Of a stretch of DNA of 64,000 nt, positions 29,373 through 38,980 are shown in pieces. A model generated the notes under the pieces. The model had not been told where the DNA came from. It made no database searches and was given only the letters and a program-made list of their open reading frames with translations. The DNA comes from Spirochaetia bacterium (lineage in GTDB: Bacteria > Spirochaetota > Spirochaetia > SZUA-6 > Bin103). The stretch lies in NCBI GenBank assembly GCA_965203055.1, contig OZ241863.1, forward strand, positions 608,001 to 672,000, in the 5' to 3' direction. The position numbers were made by a program, and so were the translations under genes. Within the stretch, counting starts at the first letter, position 1. Every line of letters begins with the position of its first letter.

Positions 29373-30230
29373 TCAGCCGCGGTCGGCGGTGATGAACGCG
29401 CTGCGGCCTTCGTGGCGCTCGCGGAGTTGTTGCCGGGTGCCGCGCGCCGCCGTGATGCCGCCGTCGACCATCAGGTTGACGCCGGTGACGTGCACGCTCT
29501 CGTCGCTCGCCAGATACACCGCGGCGTGGGCAATGTCGTCCGACTGTCCGGCGCGGCCCTGCGGCATGTTCCGCTCGAACCAGTGGGTGAGGCGGGCGCT
29601 GCGCGCCGCGTTCTCCTGCTCCGTAAGGCCGGTCTGGCCGCCCCAGAAGATCGGCGTGATGATTCCGCCCGGCGAGATGCAGTTGACCCGCACGCGATGC
29701 TCGGCCAGCTCGGTCGCCCACACCTTGGTCACGTGAATCACGCCCGCCTTGCAGGCCGAGTATTCGGCGCTCGAGCCGTCGGTGGTCACGCCGGCCGTGC
29801 TGCCGTTGTTGATGATGCTGCCGCTGCGCTGCCGCTTCATGATCGGCGCGGCGTGCTTGACGCCGAGAAAGCAGGAGCCGAGCAGCACCAGCGCGTCACG
29901 CTGGAACAGGTCGAAGTCGATGTCGTCCACCTCGCGGTAGGGATGGCCGCTGCCGGCGTTGTTGAACAGCACGTCGAGCCGCCCCCAGCGCTCGACCGTG
30001 CCCTGCACCATCGCCCGCACGTCGGCTTCCACGGTTACGTCGGTGCGGATGAATTGGGCGCTGTCGCCGAGGCGCCGCGCCAACTCCCGGCCCGCCTCCT
30101 CGTTGCGCGCGGCGATCGTCACCCGCGCGCCCTCGGCCACGTAGCGCTCGACCGTCGCCGCGCCCATGCCGCTGTTGCCGCCGGTAACGATCGCCACCTT
30201 GCCTGCCAATCGGCCTGTGTCGGTTCCCAT
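29373..30230 (-). CDS. Short-chain dehydrogenase/reductase
   Basis: TGGNSGMG, NNAG, YSACK and RVNCISPG motifs. Confidence 0.93.
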   Translation of the reverse strand: MGTDTGRLAGKVAIVTGGNSGMGAATVERYVAEGARVTIAARNEEAGRELARRLGDSAQFIRTDVTVEADVRAMVQGTVERWGRLDVLFNNAGSGHPYREVDDIDFDLFQRDALVLLGSCFLGVKHAAPIMKRQRSGSIINNGSTAGVTTDGSSAEYSACKAGVIHVTKVWATELAEHRVRVNCISPGGIITPIFWGGQTGLTEQENAARSARLTHWFERNMPQGRAGQSDDIAHAAVYLASDESVHVTGVNLMVDGGITAARGTRQQLRERHEGRSAFITADRG

Positions 30231-30398
30231 ACCCGCCAGTGTAGCGCGCGGCGCGGCAACGCGCCAGAGCGGCCGCGACCGGCCGCGACCGCCCGCGGCG
30301 GGCGGTTGACACGGCCCGCCATTGTCCGGTATCTGTGGCCGTCAATTGATGCGAGCCGCTCGGTGCTCGCTCAACAAGTAAAGAGGGAGGATCCCCGA

Positions 30399-32333
30399 AT
30401 GATGATGAGTATTCGTTTGTTGATCGCCGCGTCGCTGCTGGCGGCGCCGGCGCTGCTGTTCGCCGGCGGCGAAGAGGAGGAGGGCGGCGGCGCCGCCGAG
30501 GGCGCCGCGGCGATGGCATCCACCGGCAAGTACAGCGAAGCGCCGGAACTGGCCGCCCGCGTGGCCGCCGGCGAGTTGCCGCCGGTCGAAGAGCGCCTGC
30601 CGCTGGAACCGCGCGTCCTGAGCGCGGAGCGCAACGACATCCCGCCCGAGGACCTGAACTTCGAGGTCGGCAAGTATGGCGGCATCCTGCGTTCGGTGCA
30701 GCCCGACCCGTCCTGGAATCCCGACATCTTCGTGATGAACGACGAGTCGCTGCTGGCCGCCCCCGGGATCCTGGCCGACGGCATCGGCGGCAACGTGGCC
30801 TCCAGCTTCGAGGTCTCCCCCGACGGGCGCGTCTTTACGCTTACGCTGCGCGAAGGGATCAAGTGGTCGGACGGCGTGCCGGTGACCACCGAGGACGTGC
30901 GCTTCACCTACGAGGACTTCCTGCTCAACGACCAGCTTACCAAGGTGTTCCCGCGCTGGATGCGCTCGGCGAGCAAGTCGGACGGTGAACCGCTGAAGAT
31001 CGAAATCATCGACGACTACACCTTCCGCATCAGCTTCGCGGAGCGCTACGACGGCTTTCCGGCCTATCTGTCGATCGTGCAGTGGAAGGGCTACACCGAG
31101 TTCGTGAAGCCGGCCCACTACCTCAAGCAGTGGCACGCCGACTACACGCCGCTGGCGGACCTCGAGGACGAGATTGCCGAGGAGGGCCTGGGCAAGGGCG
31201 AGTGGGGGGCGCTGTTCAACAACCGCGACGCCCGCAACTGGGACCTGACCCGCCCCAAGGCGCTCGGCTTCCCGGTGCTCAACCCGTGGATGCTGGTGGA
31301 CCAGAGCCCGACCACCTCGGTGTACGAGCGCAACCCCTACTACTTCAAGGTCGACAGCATCGGCCAGCAGCTCCCCTACATCAACGGGCTGCGCTCGCAG
31401 GTGGTGGCGGACGTGGAGATGTCCAACCTGAAGGTGCTCGCCGGTGAGGTGGACTTCCTGCGCGAGGACGCCACCCTCGACAAGCTCGACCTGTACAAGG
31501 AGAACGAGGACCGCGCCGGTTACGAGATCGTGCTGCTCGACATGCACGTCAGCCCGACCGACCCGCGGCTGAACCTGACCTACGACGATCCGGTATGGCG
31601 CCAGGTAGTGGGCGACGTGCGCTTCCGCACCGCGCTCAGCCACGCCATCAACCGCGACGAGATCATCGACGCGATCTACTTCGGCTTCGCGACGCCCTCC
31701 ACCTTCGTGCCCACGGCGTACGATCCGGCATTGGCCAACCGCCTGCTCGACGAGGTGGGCCTGGACCGGCGCGACGCTCAGGGCTTCCGGCTGGGTCCGG
31801 ACGGCAAGACCTTCGAGATTCCGTTCGAGATTGCCATGCACGCCACCGACATGGTGCCGGTGACCGAAATGATCGCCGAGTACTGGAAGGACGTGGGGCT
31901 CAAGACCACGATGAAGACCATCGAGCCCGGGCTGCAGCGCACGCGGCGCAATGCCAACGAGCTGCAGGCCGACATCGGGTGGCACCACGGTCCCGAGCTG
32001 TGGTGGGGCGCCTTGTGGGACTTCGTGCCGGCCGGCTACGGGATGGCGTGGCATACCTGGTTCCAGACCGCGGGAGCCGAGGGTGAGGAGCCGCCCGACG
32101 ACGTGAAGGCGTTCATCGCGGCCATGGACCGCTCCATCGCACGCTCGGGCGCCGAGCGCCAGGCGGCGATCGACGAGGTGCGCGAGATCATGATGGAGAA
32201 CGTCTACATCATCCTCAACGTCGAAGACGTCAAGTACCCGCTGGTGGTCAACAAGAACCTCGGCAACGTGCCTACCGGAGGCTTCGCGATTGCCGCGAAC
32301 TTCGCCGGCGAGCAGTTGTTCTTCAAGAACTAG
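30399..32333 (+). CDS. ABC transporter substrate-binding protein (family 5)
   Basis: GGGAGG RBS, signal peptide, GELPPVEERLP, LREGIKWSDGVPVTTEDV and RNPYYFKVD..GQQLPYI motifs. Confidence 0.92.
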   Translation: MMMSIRLLIAASLLAAPALLFAGGEEEEGGGAAEGAAAMASTGKYSEAPELAARVAAGELPPVEERLPLEPRVLSAERNDIPPEDLNFEVGKYGGILRSVQPDPSWNPDIFVMNDESLLAAPGILADGIGGNVASSFEVSPDGRVFTLTLREGIKWSDGVPVTTEDVRFTYEDFLLNDQLTKVFPRWMRSASKSDGEPLKIEIIDDYTFRISFAERYDGFPAYLSIVQWKGYTEFVKPAHYLKQWHADYTPLADLEDEIAEEGLGKGEWGALFNNRDARNWDLTRPKALGFPVLNPWMLVDQSPTTSVYERNPYYFKVDSIGQQLPYINGLRSQVVADVEMSNLKVLAGEVDFLREDATLDKLDLYKENEDRAGYEIVLLDMHVSPTDPRLNLTYDDPVWRQVVGDVRFRTALSHAINRDEIIDAIYFGFATPSTFVPTAYDPALANRLLDEVGLDRRDAQGFRLGPDGKTFEIPFEIAMHATDMVPVTEMIAEYWKDVGLKTTMKTIEPGLQRTRRNANELQADIGWHHGPELWWGALWDFVPAGYGMAWHTWFQTAGAEGEEPPDDVKAFIAAMDRSIARSGAERQAAIDEVREIMMENVYIILNVEDVKYPLVVNKNLGNVPTGGFAIAANFAGEQLFFKN

Positions 32334-32338
32334 CTGAT

Positions 32339-32398
32339 CTCCCTTCCATAATCGCCCCGGGTGGCCGGAGTCCCGCTCCGGCGCCCGGGGGGAGGGAG
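32339..32398 (+). other. Long GC-rich hairpin between the SBP and permease genes
   Basis: CCCCGGG..GCCGGAG / CTCCGGC.CCCGGGG inner stem plus an outer CTCCCT / AGGGAG pairing. Confidence 0.55.
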
Positions 32399-32416
32399 TG
32401 ACCGCGCGCCGCCATC

Positions 32417-33415
32417 ATGCTCGACTACATCCTCCGGCGGACCCTGCAGATCATCCCGTTGATCGTGGTCATCTCGGTGCTGTCGTTCGCCATCATCGAA
32501 CTGCCGCCCGGCGACTACGTGACCATGCGCATCATCGAGTTGGAGCAGACCGGCACCCGCGTGGACGAAGACGAGATCGCGCGCCTCACCGAGCAGTACG
32601 GATTGGACAAGACGCTGGTGCAGCGCTACGCGCTGTGGGCCTGGAACATCGTCAGCCGCGGCCACCTGGGACGCTCGTTTCAGTGGGAGCAGCCGGTCAC
32701 GCAGGTGATCGGCGAGCGCATCGCCCTCACCATGGCGATTTCGTTGCTGACGCTGGTCTTTGTCTGGGTGGTGGCGATTCCGATCGGCATCTACGCGGCC
32801 ACTCATCAGTACTCGCTCGGCGACTACGTATTCACCTTCTTCGGCTTCATCGGAATCTCGGTGCCGGGGTTCCTGCTCGCGCTGGTGGTGATCTATCTGG
32901 CGTTCACCCAGCTTGGCATCAGCGTCACCGGCCTGTTCTCCCCGGAATACGCCGACGCGCCGTGGAGCATCGCCAAGCTGCTCGACATGCTGCCGCGGCT
33001 GTGGGTGCCGATCGTCGTGATCGGGCTCACCGGGACCGCCAGCCTGATCCGGGTCATGCGCAGCATGCTGCTCGACGAGCTGCGCAAGCAGTACGTGATC
33101 ACCGCGCGCGCCAAGGGCGTGGCCGAGCGGACCCTGCTGTTCAAGTATCCGGTGCGCATTGCCATCAATCCGCTGATCAGCACCATCGGCTGGCTGCTGC
33201 CGTTCATCGTCTCGGGCGAGGCGCTGGTGTCGATCGTGTTGAACCTGCCCACCACCGGGCCGGTGCTGTTGCGGGCGCTGCTGTTCCAGGACATGTATCT
33301 GGCCGGCAGCCTGGTGATGATCCTCAGCATCCTCACCGTGGTCGGGACCCTGATCTCGGACCTGCTGCTCGCATGGATCGATCCGCGCATTCGGTACCAG
33401 GCGGCAACCAGGTGA
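32417..33415 (+). CDS. ABC transporter permease (DppB/OppB-like)
   Basis: YILRR, YVITARAKG and DLLLAWIDPRIR motifs. Confidence 0.93.
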   Translation: MLDYILRRTLQIIPLIVVISVLSFAIIELPPGDYVTMRIIELEQTGTRVDEDEIARLTEQYGLDKTLVQRYALWAWNIVSRGHLGRSFQWEQPVTQVIGERIALTMAISLLTLVFVWVVAIPIGIYAATHQYSLGDYVFTFFGFIGISVPGFLLALVVIYLAFTQLGISVTGLFSPEYADAPWSIAKLLDMLPRLWVPIVVIGLTGTASLIRVMRSMLLDELRKQYVITARAKGVAERTLLFKYPVRIAINPLISTIGWLLPFIVSGEALVSIVLNLPTTGPVLLRALLFQDMYLAGSLVMILSILTVVGTLISDLLLAWIDPRIRYQAATR

Positions 33416-34581
33416 GCGCCGCCAATCCGCCGGGCGCCCAGGCGCCGCGCGCCGGCGCGCCAACGGCCGCGGCCCGGCCGGCGAGCGCGGAGAGCGCCGC
33501 CAGCGAGCGCTACTTCGTCGCCTCCCAGTGGCAACTGGTGTGGTGGAAGTTCCGCAAGCACAAGATGGCGCTGGTGGCCGGCGTGGTGCTGGCGCTCATG
33601 TACTTCACCGCCGCGTTCTGCGAGTTTCTCAGCCCCTATCTGCCGGGGACCCGCTTTCCGGACTACCTGTACGCGCCGCCGCAGCGCCTGCGGCTGCTGG
33701 CGAGCGGTTACGGGTTCGAACCCCACGTCTACGGCTTGACGCGGGCGCGCGATCCCGAAACCTTCCGCCGCACCTTCACCATCGACCGCGAACAGCGCTT
33801 CCGCGTGCGGCTGTTCGTACGCGCCGAAGAGTACCGGCTCTGGGGGTTGTTCAAGAGCGACCTCCACCTGTTCGGGTCGGACGATGGCCCGGTGATGCTG
33901 TTCGGGGCCGACCGCCTGGGGCGCGACGTGTTTACCCGCATCCTGTACGGGGCGCGGATTTCGCTATCGGTCGGGCTGGTGGGGATCTTCTTCACCTTCC
34001 TGTTCGGGATGATTCTGGGCGGGTTGTCGGGCTACCTGGGCGGCATCGTGGATACGGTGATCCAGCGGCTGGTGGACCTGCTCATCTCGATTCCCACCAT
34101 TCCGCTGTGGATGGCGCTGGCCGCGGCGCTGCCGCGCGACTGGCCGCCGGTGCGGATCTACTTCGGCATCGTGATCATCTTCTCCATGATCGGCTGGACC
34201 GGTCTGGCGCGGGTGATTCGCGGCAAGCTGCTGGCCCTGCGCGAGGAGGACTTCGTGATGGCGGGACGCATCGCCGGCGCCACGCAGGGCGCCATCATCG
34301 GCAAGCACCTGCTGCCCTCCTTCGCCAGTTACATCATCGTGTCGCTGACGCTGGCCATTCCGCAGACCATCCTGGGCGAGACGGCGCTGAGCTTCCTCGG
34401 TCTGGGGCTGCAGCCGCCGGTGGTGAGCTGGGGGGTGCTGCTGCAGGATGCCCAGAACGTGCAGGCGATCGCGCACCACGCCTGGCTGCTGATTCCCTGC
34501 CTGTTCGTCGTCGTCACCGTGCTGATGTTCAACTTCCTCGGCGACGGGCTGCGCGACGCCGCCGATCCCTACTCGCGCTGA
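33412..34581 (+). CDS. ABC transporter permease (DppC/OppC-like)
   Basis: GTG overlaps the previous stop. FGADRLGRDVFTR, ETALSFLGLG and FNFLGDGLRDAADP motifs. Confidence 0.93.
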   Translation: MSAANPPGAQAPRAGAPTAAARPASAESAASERYFVASQWQLVWWKFRKHKMALVAGVVLALMYFTAAFCEFLSPYLPGTRFPDYLYAPPQRLRLLASGYGFEPHVYGLTRARDPETFRRTFTIDREQRFRVRLFVRAEEYRLWGLFKSDLHLFGSDDGPVMLFGADRLGRDVFTRILYGARISLSVGLVGIFFTFLFGMILGGLSGYLGGIVDTVIQRLVDLLISIPTIPLWMALAAALPRDWPPVRIYFGIVIIFSMIGWTGLARVIRGKLLALREEDFVMAGRIAGATQGAIIGKHLLPSFASYIIVSLTLAIPQTILGETALSFLGLGLQPPVVSWGVLLQDAQNVQAIAHHAWLLIPCLFVVVTVLMFNFLGDGLRDAADPYSR

Positions 34582-34595
34582 AGGAGGCGGACCAG

Positions 34596-37424
34596 ATGCC
34601 GGTCACCGTCGTCGATCTGGCCGCGGAGCAGCGCGGCGCCGGCCGGTTCGCGGCCACCTCGCGGCCGCGCCTCTCCTGGCGGGCGGCGACCGACACGCCG
34701 GGCTGGTATCAGCAGTCCTACGAGATCGCGCTCGCCGGCGACTTCGAGCACCGCACCGGGCCGATCGTTTCCGGCGACTCGGTGCTGGTGCCGTGGCCGG
34801 CGGCGCCGCTGGCCTCCCGCCAGCGGGTGAGTTGCCGCGTCCGGGTTACCGGCGCCAACGGCGTGGCCAGCGCCTGGAGCGAGCCGCTCGCCATCCACGC
34901 GCCGCTGCTCCGGGTGTCCGACTGGTCGGCGCAGTTCATCTCCCCGGCCGGCGCGCGCGCCGCCAGCGAGTCCGAGCCGTGCTCATACTTCCGCCGCGAG
35001 TTCACCCTCGAGCGCGGATGGAGCCGCGCGGTGCTGTACGTGACCGCCCTGGGCGTGTATCAGGTCGAGATCAACGGCCGGCGCGTGGGCGATGAGGAGT
35101 TGGCGCCGGGCTGGACCAGCTACCGCCGCCGCCTGCGCTTCGCCAGCCACGAGGTCACCGAGCTGCTGCGCGCCGGCGACAACGCCATCGGCGCCATCGT
35201 GGGCGACGGCTGGGCGCGCGGCCGCCTCGGCTTCGGCGGCGCGCGCAACCGCTACACCGAGCGGCCCGCGCTGCTCGCGCAACTCGAAGTCACCCTGGCG
35301 GATGGGACCGTCCGCACCGTGCGCACCGACTCGGAGTGGCATTCCGGCAGCGGTCCCCTGCGCGGCTCGGACCTCTACGACGGCGAGACCTATGACGCGC
35401 GGCTCTCCGTGGACGGCTGGTCGCAGCCTGGCCACGATGCGCGCGGCTGGCGCCCGGTCGAGGTGATCGAGCATGACCTGGCCGTCCTCACGCCGGCCGC
35501 GGGGCCGCCGGTGCGGGCGGTGCAGGAAGTGACGCCGGCGGCGATCTGGCGCGCGCCGTCCGGTGAGACGCTGGTCGACTTCGGCCAGAACCTGGTCGGC
35601 CGGGTGCGCATCCGGCTGGCGGCCGCGGCCGGCACCGAGGTGACCATTCGCCACGCCGAGGTGCTCGAAGGCGGCGAACTGGGCGTGCGCCCGCTGCGCT
35701 CCGCCAAGGCCACCGACCGCTACGTCGCCGCCGGCCGCGGCACCGAAGTGTGGGAGCCGCGCTTCACGTTTCACGGCTTCCGCTATGCCGGGGTGAGCGG
35801 CTGGCCGGGCGAGTTGCGGGCCGAGCAGATCACCGCGGTGGTGCTGCATTCCGACATGGTGCGCACCGGCTGGTTCGAGTGCTCGGAGCCGCGCGTCAAC
35901 CGGCTCCATGAGAACATCGTGTGGAGCATGCGCGGCAACTTCCTGGACCTGCCGACCGACTGCCCGCAGCGCGACGAGCGGCTCGGTTGGACCGGCGACA
36001 TCCAGGTGTTTGCCGCCACCGCCACGCTGCTGTACGACACCGCCGCGGTGCTGAGCTCGTGGCTGACCGATCTGGCCGCCGAGCAGGAACCGGACGGCAA
36101 CGTGCCGTTCGTCATTCCCGCGGTCCTGCCGGCGTCGTTCACTGCGGCCGGTTGGGGCGACGCCGCCACCGTGGTGCCGATGACCCTCTGGCGGCGCTAC
36201 GGCGACCGCGAGCTGCTGCGCCGCCAGTATCCCTCCATGAAGGCGTGGGTGGAGCACGTGAAGGGCGTCTGCGACGACCGCCGGGTGTGGGGCGACGGCT
36301 TTCAGTTCGGCGACTGGGTAGACCCGAAGGCGCCGCCCGAGGCGCCGGGCGACGCCCGGACCGACTCGTCGCTGGTAGGGACGGCGTGGTTCGCGCGTTC
36401 CGCCCAGGTGCTGGCCGAGGCGGCGGAGGCGCTCGGCGAGCACGGCGATGCCGCCGCCTGCCGCCGGCTGGCCGGCGAGGTGGCGGCCGGCTTCCGCGCC
36501 GAGTTCGTGGCCCCCAACGGGCGCGTGGTGAACGACAGCCAGACCGCCCATCTGCTGGCGTTGGCGTTCGATCTGGTCACCCCCGAGCAGCGCCCGGCCA
36601 CCGCGCGCCGGCTCCGCAAGCTGATCGAAAAGGAGGGCCACCGGCTCAGCACCGGCTTCCTGGGCACCCCCTGGCTGTGCGAGGTGCTCACCCGCATCGG
36701 CGACGATGACTTGGCGTACCGGCTGCTCTTGCAAACCGAGCTGCCGTCGTGGCTGTATCCCATCACCATGGGCGCCACCACCATCTGGGAGCGCTGGGAC
36801 GCCATGCTGCCCGACGGCACGATCAATCCGGGGGAGATGACCTCGTTCAATCACTATGCCTACGGCGCCGTCGGCGCGTGGCTGTACGAGCGTGTGGCCG
36901 GGCTGCGCCAGCACGACGCGGCGCCGGGATGGCGGCGGTTCGTGGTGGCGCCGCGCCCCGGCGGCGGGCTGCGGCAGGCGAAGGCGGTGGTGGACACGCC
37001 CTACGGGCGCGCTGAATCGAGCTGGCGGATCGCCGGCCGCGGCGGCGCGCCGGCAACTTTCACGCTACGCGCCGTAGTGCCCGCCAACACGACCGCCGAA
37101 CTATGGCTGCCGGGGGCGGCGCAGGCGGTGGAGGTCGGCTCGGGCGAGCACGAGCTGTCGCTGGAGCTGAGCGCCGCGCAGCGCCGCCGGTTCCTGCCGG
37201 GTCGGGAGGGCGCGCGGCTGCACCTCGATGCCCCGGCGGCGGAGGTAATCGCCGACGCGGCGGCGCGCGAAATCCTCATCCGCCACCGCGCCTTCGGGGT
37301 GCTGATGAGCACGCTGGGCGGCGAGACCCCGGCGGGGTCGCTGCGCGAAGCGTTGCAGGCGCTGCCGCGCCCGCCCGGCGAGAAGCGGCTCGCCGACCTG
37401 GAGCAGGACCTGATCCGCCTTTAG
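34596..37424 (+). CDS. Alpha-L-rhamnosidase (GH78)
   Basis: AAGGAGG RBS; DFGQNLVG, FTFHGFRY, PTDCPQRDERLGWTGD, GATTIWERWD and SFNHYAYGAV motifs. Confidence 0.93.
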   Translation: MPVTVVDLAAEQRGAGRFAATSRPRLSWRAATDTPGWYQQSYEIALAGDFEHRTGPIVSGDSVLVPWPAAPLASRQRVSCRVRVTGANGVASAWSEPLAIHAPLLRVSDWSAQFISPAGARAASESEPCSYFRREFTLERGWSRAVLYVTALGVYQVEINGRRVGDEELAPGWTSYRRRLRFASHEVTELLRAGDNAIGAIVGDGWARGRLGFGGARNRYTERPALLAQLEVTLADGTVRTVRTDSEWHSGSGPLRGSDLYDGETYDARLSVDGWSQPGHDARGWRPVEVIEHDLAVLTPAAGPPVRAVQEVTPAAIWRAPSGETLVDFGQNLVGRVRIRLAAAAGTEVTIRHAEVLEGGELGVRPLRSAKATDRYVAAGRGTEVWEPRFTFHGFRYAGVSGWPGELRAEQITAVVLHSDMVRTGWFECSEPRVNRLHENIVWSMRGNFLDLPTDCPQRDERLGWTGDIQVFAATATLLYDTAAVLSSWLTDLAAEQEPDGNVPFVIPAVLPASFTAAGWGDAATVVPMTLWRRYGDRELLRRQYPSMKAWVEHVKGVCDDRRVWGDGFQFGDWVDPKAPPEAPGDARTDSSLVGTAWFARSAQVLAEAAEALGEHGDAAACRRLAGEVAAGFRAEFVAPNGRVVNDSQTAHLLALAFDLVTPEQRPATARRLRKLIEKEGHRLSTGFLGTPWLCEVLTRIGDDDLAYRLLLQTELPSWLYPITMGATTIWERWDAMLPDGTINPGEMTSFNHYAYGAVGAWLYERVAGLRQHDAAPGWRRFVVAPRPGGGLRQAKAVVDTPYGRAESSWRIAGRGGAPATFTLRAVVPANTTAELWLPGAAQAVEVGSGEHELSLELSAAQRRRFLPGREGARLHLDAPAAEVIADAAAREILIRHRAFGVLMSTLGGETPAGSLREALQALPRPPGEKRLADLEQDLIRL

Positions 37425-37461
37425 CTAAGCTCGCCGTGACCAAGGCGCGGCGGGCGCGCCG

Positions 37462-37986
37462 TTATCCGTTCAGCAGGCCCCGCAGGGCGGCCAGGGCCGC
37501 GTCATAGTCGGGCTCGTCGGTCATTTCCCCGACCACCTGCGCGTAGACCACCTTGCCGCCCGCATCCAGGACGTAGACGGCGCGCGCCAGGATCTTCAGT
37601 TCCTCGACCAGGGTACCCCAGTCCGCGCCGAACGAACGTTCCCGGTAGTCGCTTGCGGCGCGCATGTTGGTGATCTCTTCGGCCCCGCAGAAGCGCGCCT
37701 GGGCGAAGGGCAGATCGCAACTCACCGTCACGGCGTTGATTCGCTCGCCGATACCGGCCAGTTCGCGGTTGAAGCGCCCGGTCTGCGCGGCGCAGACCGG
37801 CGTGTCCAGCGACGGGACCACGCTGACGAGGGTGGGCTTGCCCTTGAGATCGGCCAGCGTCAGCTCATGCATGCCGTCGGCAAAGTAGTGCAAGGTGAAG
37901 TCGGGGGCCTGCTGCCCGGCGGTCAACTCCTCGCCGGCCAACGTCAGCGGCGTTCCCTTGAAGGTTACCGCTCCGGTACGTGCCAT
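37462..37986 (-). CDS. tpx: Thiol peroxidase
   Basis: VTFKG.PLTL.G, SVVPSLDTPVC, DLPFAQARFC and EPDYDAAL motifs. Confidence 0.95.
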   Translation of the reverse strand: MARTGAVTFKGTPLTLAGEELTAGQQAPDFTLHYFADGMHELTLADLKGKPTLVSVVPSLDTPVCAAQTGRFNRELAGIGERINAVTVSCDLPFAQARFCGAEEITNMRAASDYRERSFGADWGTLVEELKILARAVYVLDAGGKVVYAQVVGEMTDEPDYDAALAALRGLLNG

Positions 37987-38104
37987 GTTCGGTCAACTCC
38001 TTTCCAGCTCCCGACTGGGAGGTGGATGAGCACAGTATAACCCGCCGCGGCAGCGCAGGGCACCACGTCCTGAGCCAGCCATGGCGGCCATGGCGCCGGG
38101 CAAC

Positions 38105-38133
38105 TTGCCGGGCCGCGGGCGGCGTGGTAGCTT
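38105..38133 (+). promoter_or_regulatory. Promoter for a leaderless PhyH-sulfatase transcript
   Basis: TTGCCG-17 bp-TAGCTT with a TGn extension, 7 nt before ATG 38141, no SD. Confidence 0.55.
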
Positions 38134-38140
38134 GGCCGGC

Positions 38141-38980
38141 ATGGCAACGGAAATGCTCGTCAACGCGCCGGCCAACGGCGCCGCCGCCGCTACCGGGCCG
38201 CTCGATCAGGCCGACGTGGAGTTCTATCACGAGAACGGATTCCTGCGCATCCCGGCCATCTTCACCCCGGCCGAGAGCCAGGCGCAGGCGGACGACCTCG
38301 ACCGGCTGGCGCGTGAATGGGCGACGGTCGACCGGCGCTGGAGCGGCCCGTGGCGCAAGGTCTACATGGACGAGGAGACCGAGAGGAACGCGCGCCTGGA
38401 AGCGATGCACGAGTTGCACTGCTACTCCCAGCCGTGGCTGGCGGCGGTGACCAGCCCGAAGCTGGTGGCGTGCCTGGTGCAGCTCCTGGGGCCCGACGTC
38501 GAGCTGCACCACTCGGTGATGCACAACAAGCCGCCGGGAGGCCAGCCGTTTCCGATGCACCAGGATCATCCCTTCTACCGCCACGAGGACGGGCGCTACG
38601 TGGACGTCCTGATTCACCTGGACGACACCTGTCACGACAACGGCGAGATCCGCTTTCTGCCCGGGTCGCACAAGCAGGGTCCCCTGGAGCATATCCTCGG
38701 CACCGAGGAAGCCCCGTCGGCGCCGCACCTGCCCACCGACCGGTACCGGCTGACCGACTCGGTAGCGGTCCCGGCCAAACGCGGCGACGTGGTCGCGTTC
38801 AGCTACTACACGGTGCACGGCTCCTACCTCAACCGCACCGCGCGCACCCGGCGCATGGTCCGCGTCGGCTACCGGCACCCGCACAACGATCAGACCACCG
38901 GCGCCGACACCGGCAAGTACGGCCTCATGGTGGCCGGCTACCGCGCGCGCCGCGGCGAGGAACCGCTGCTCGACCGCTGA
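38141..38980 (+). CDS. PhyH family dioxygenase
   Basis: FYHENGFL, PMHQD, FLPGSH, GDVVAF..TVHGS..N...R motifs. Confidence 0.9.
   Translation: MATEMLVNAPANGAAAATGPLDQADVEFYHENGFLRIPAIFTPAESQAQADDLDRLAREWATVDRRWSGPWRKVYMDEETERNARLEAMHELHCYSQPWLAAVTSPKLVACLVQLLGPDVELHHSVMHNKPPGGQPFPMHQDHPFYRHEDGRYVDVLIHLDDTCHDNGEIRFLPGSHKQGPLEHILGTEEAPSAPHLPTDRYRLTDSVAVPAKRGDVVAFSYYTVHGSYLNRTARTRRMVRVGYRHPHNDQTTGADTGKYGLMVAGYRARRGEEPLLDR

Noticed and set aside
28956..37424. Apparent giant proteins (1125 aa, 727 aa, 1298 aa) and similar upstream extensions at 1312, 5345, 45478 and 60493
   Set aside because: The N-terminal parts are stop-free read-through across neighbouring genes; RBS, overlap and motif evidence place the starts downstream
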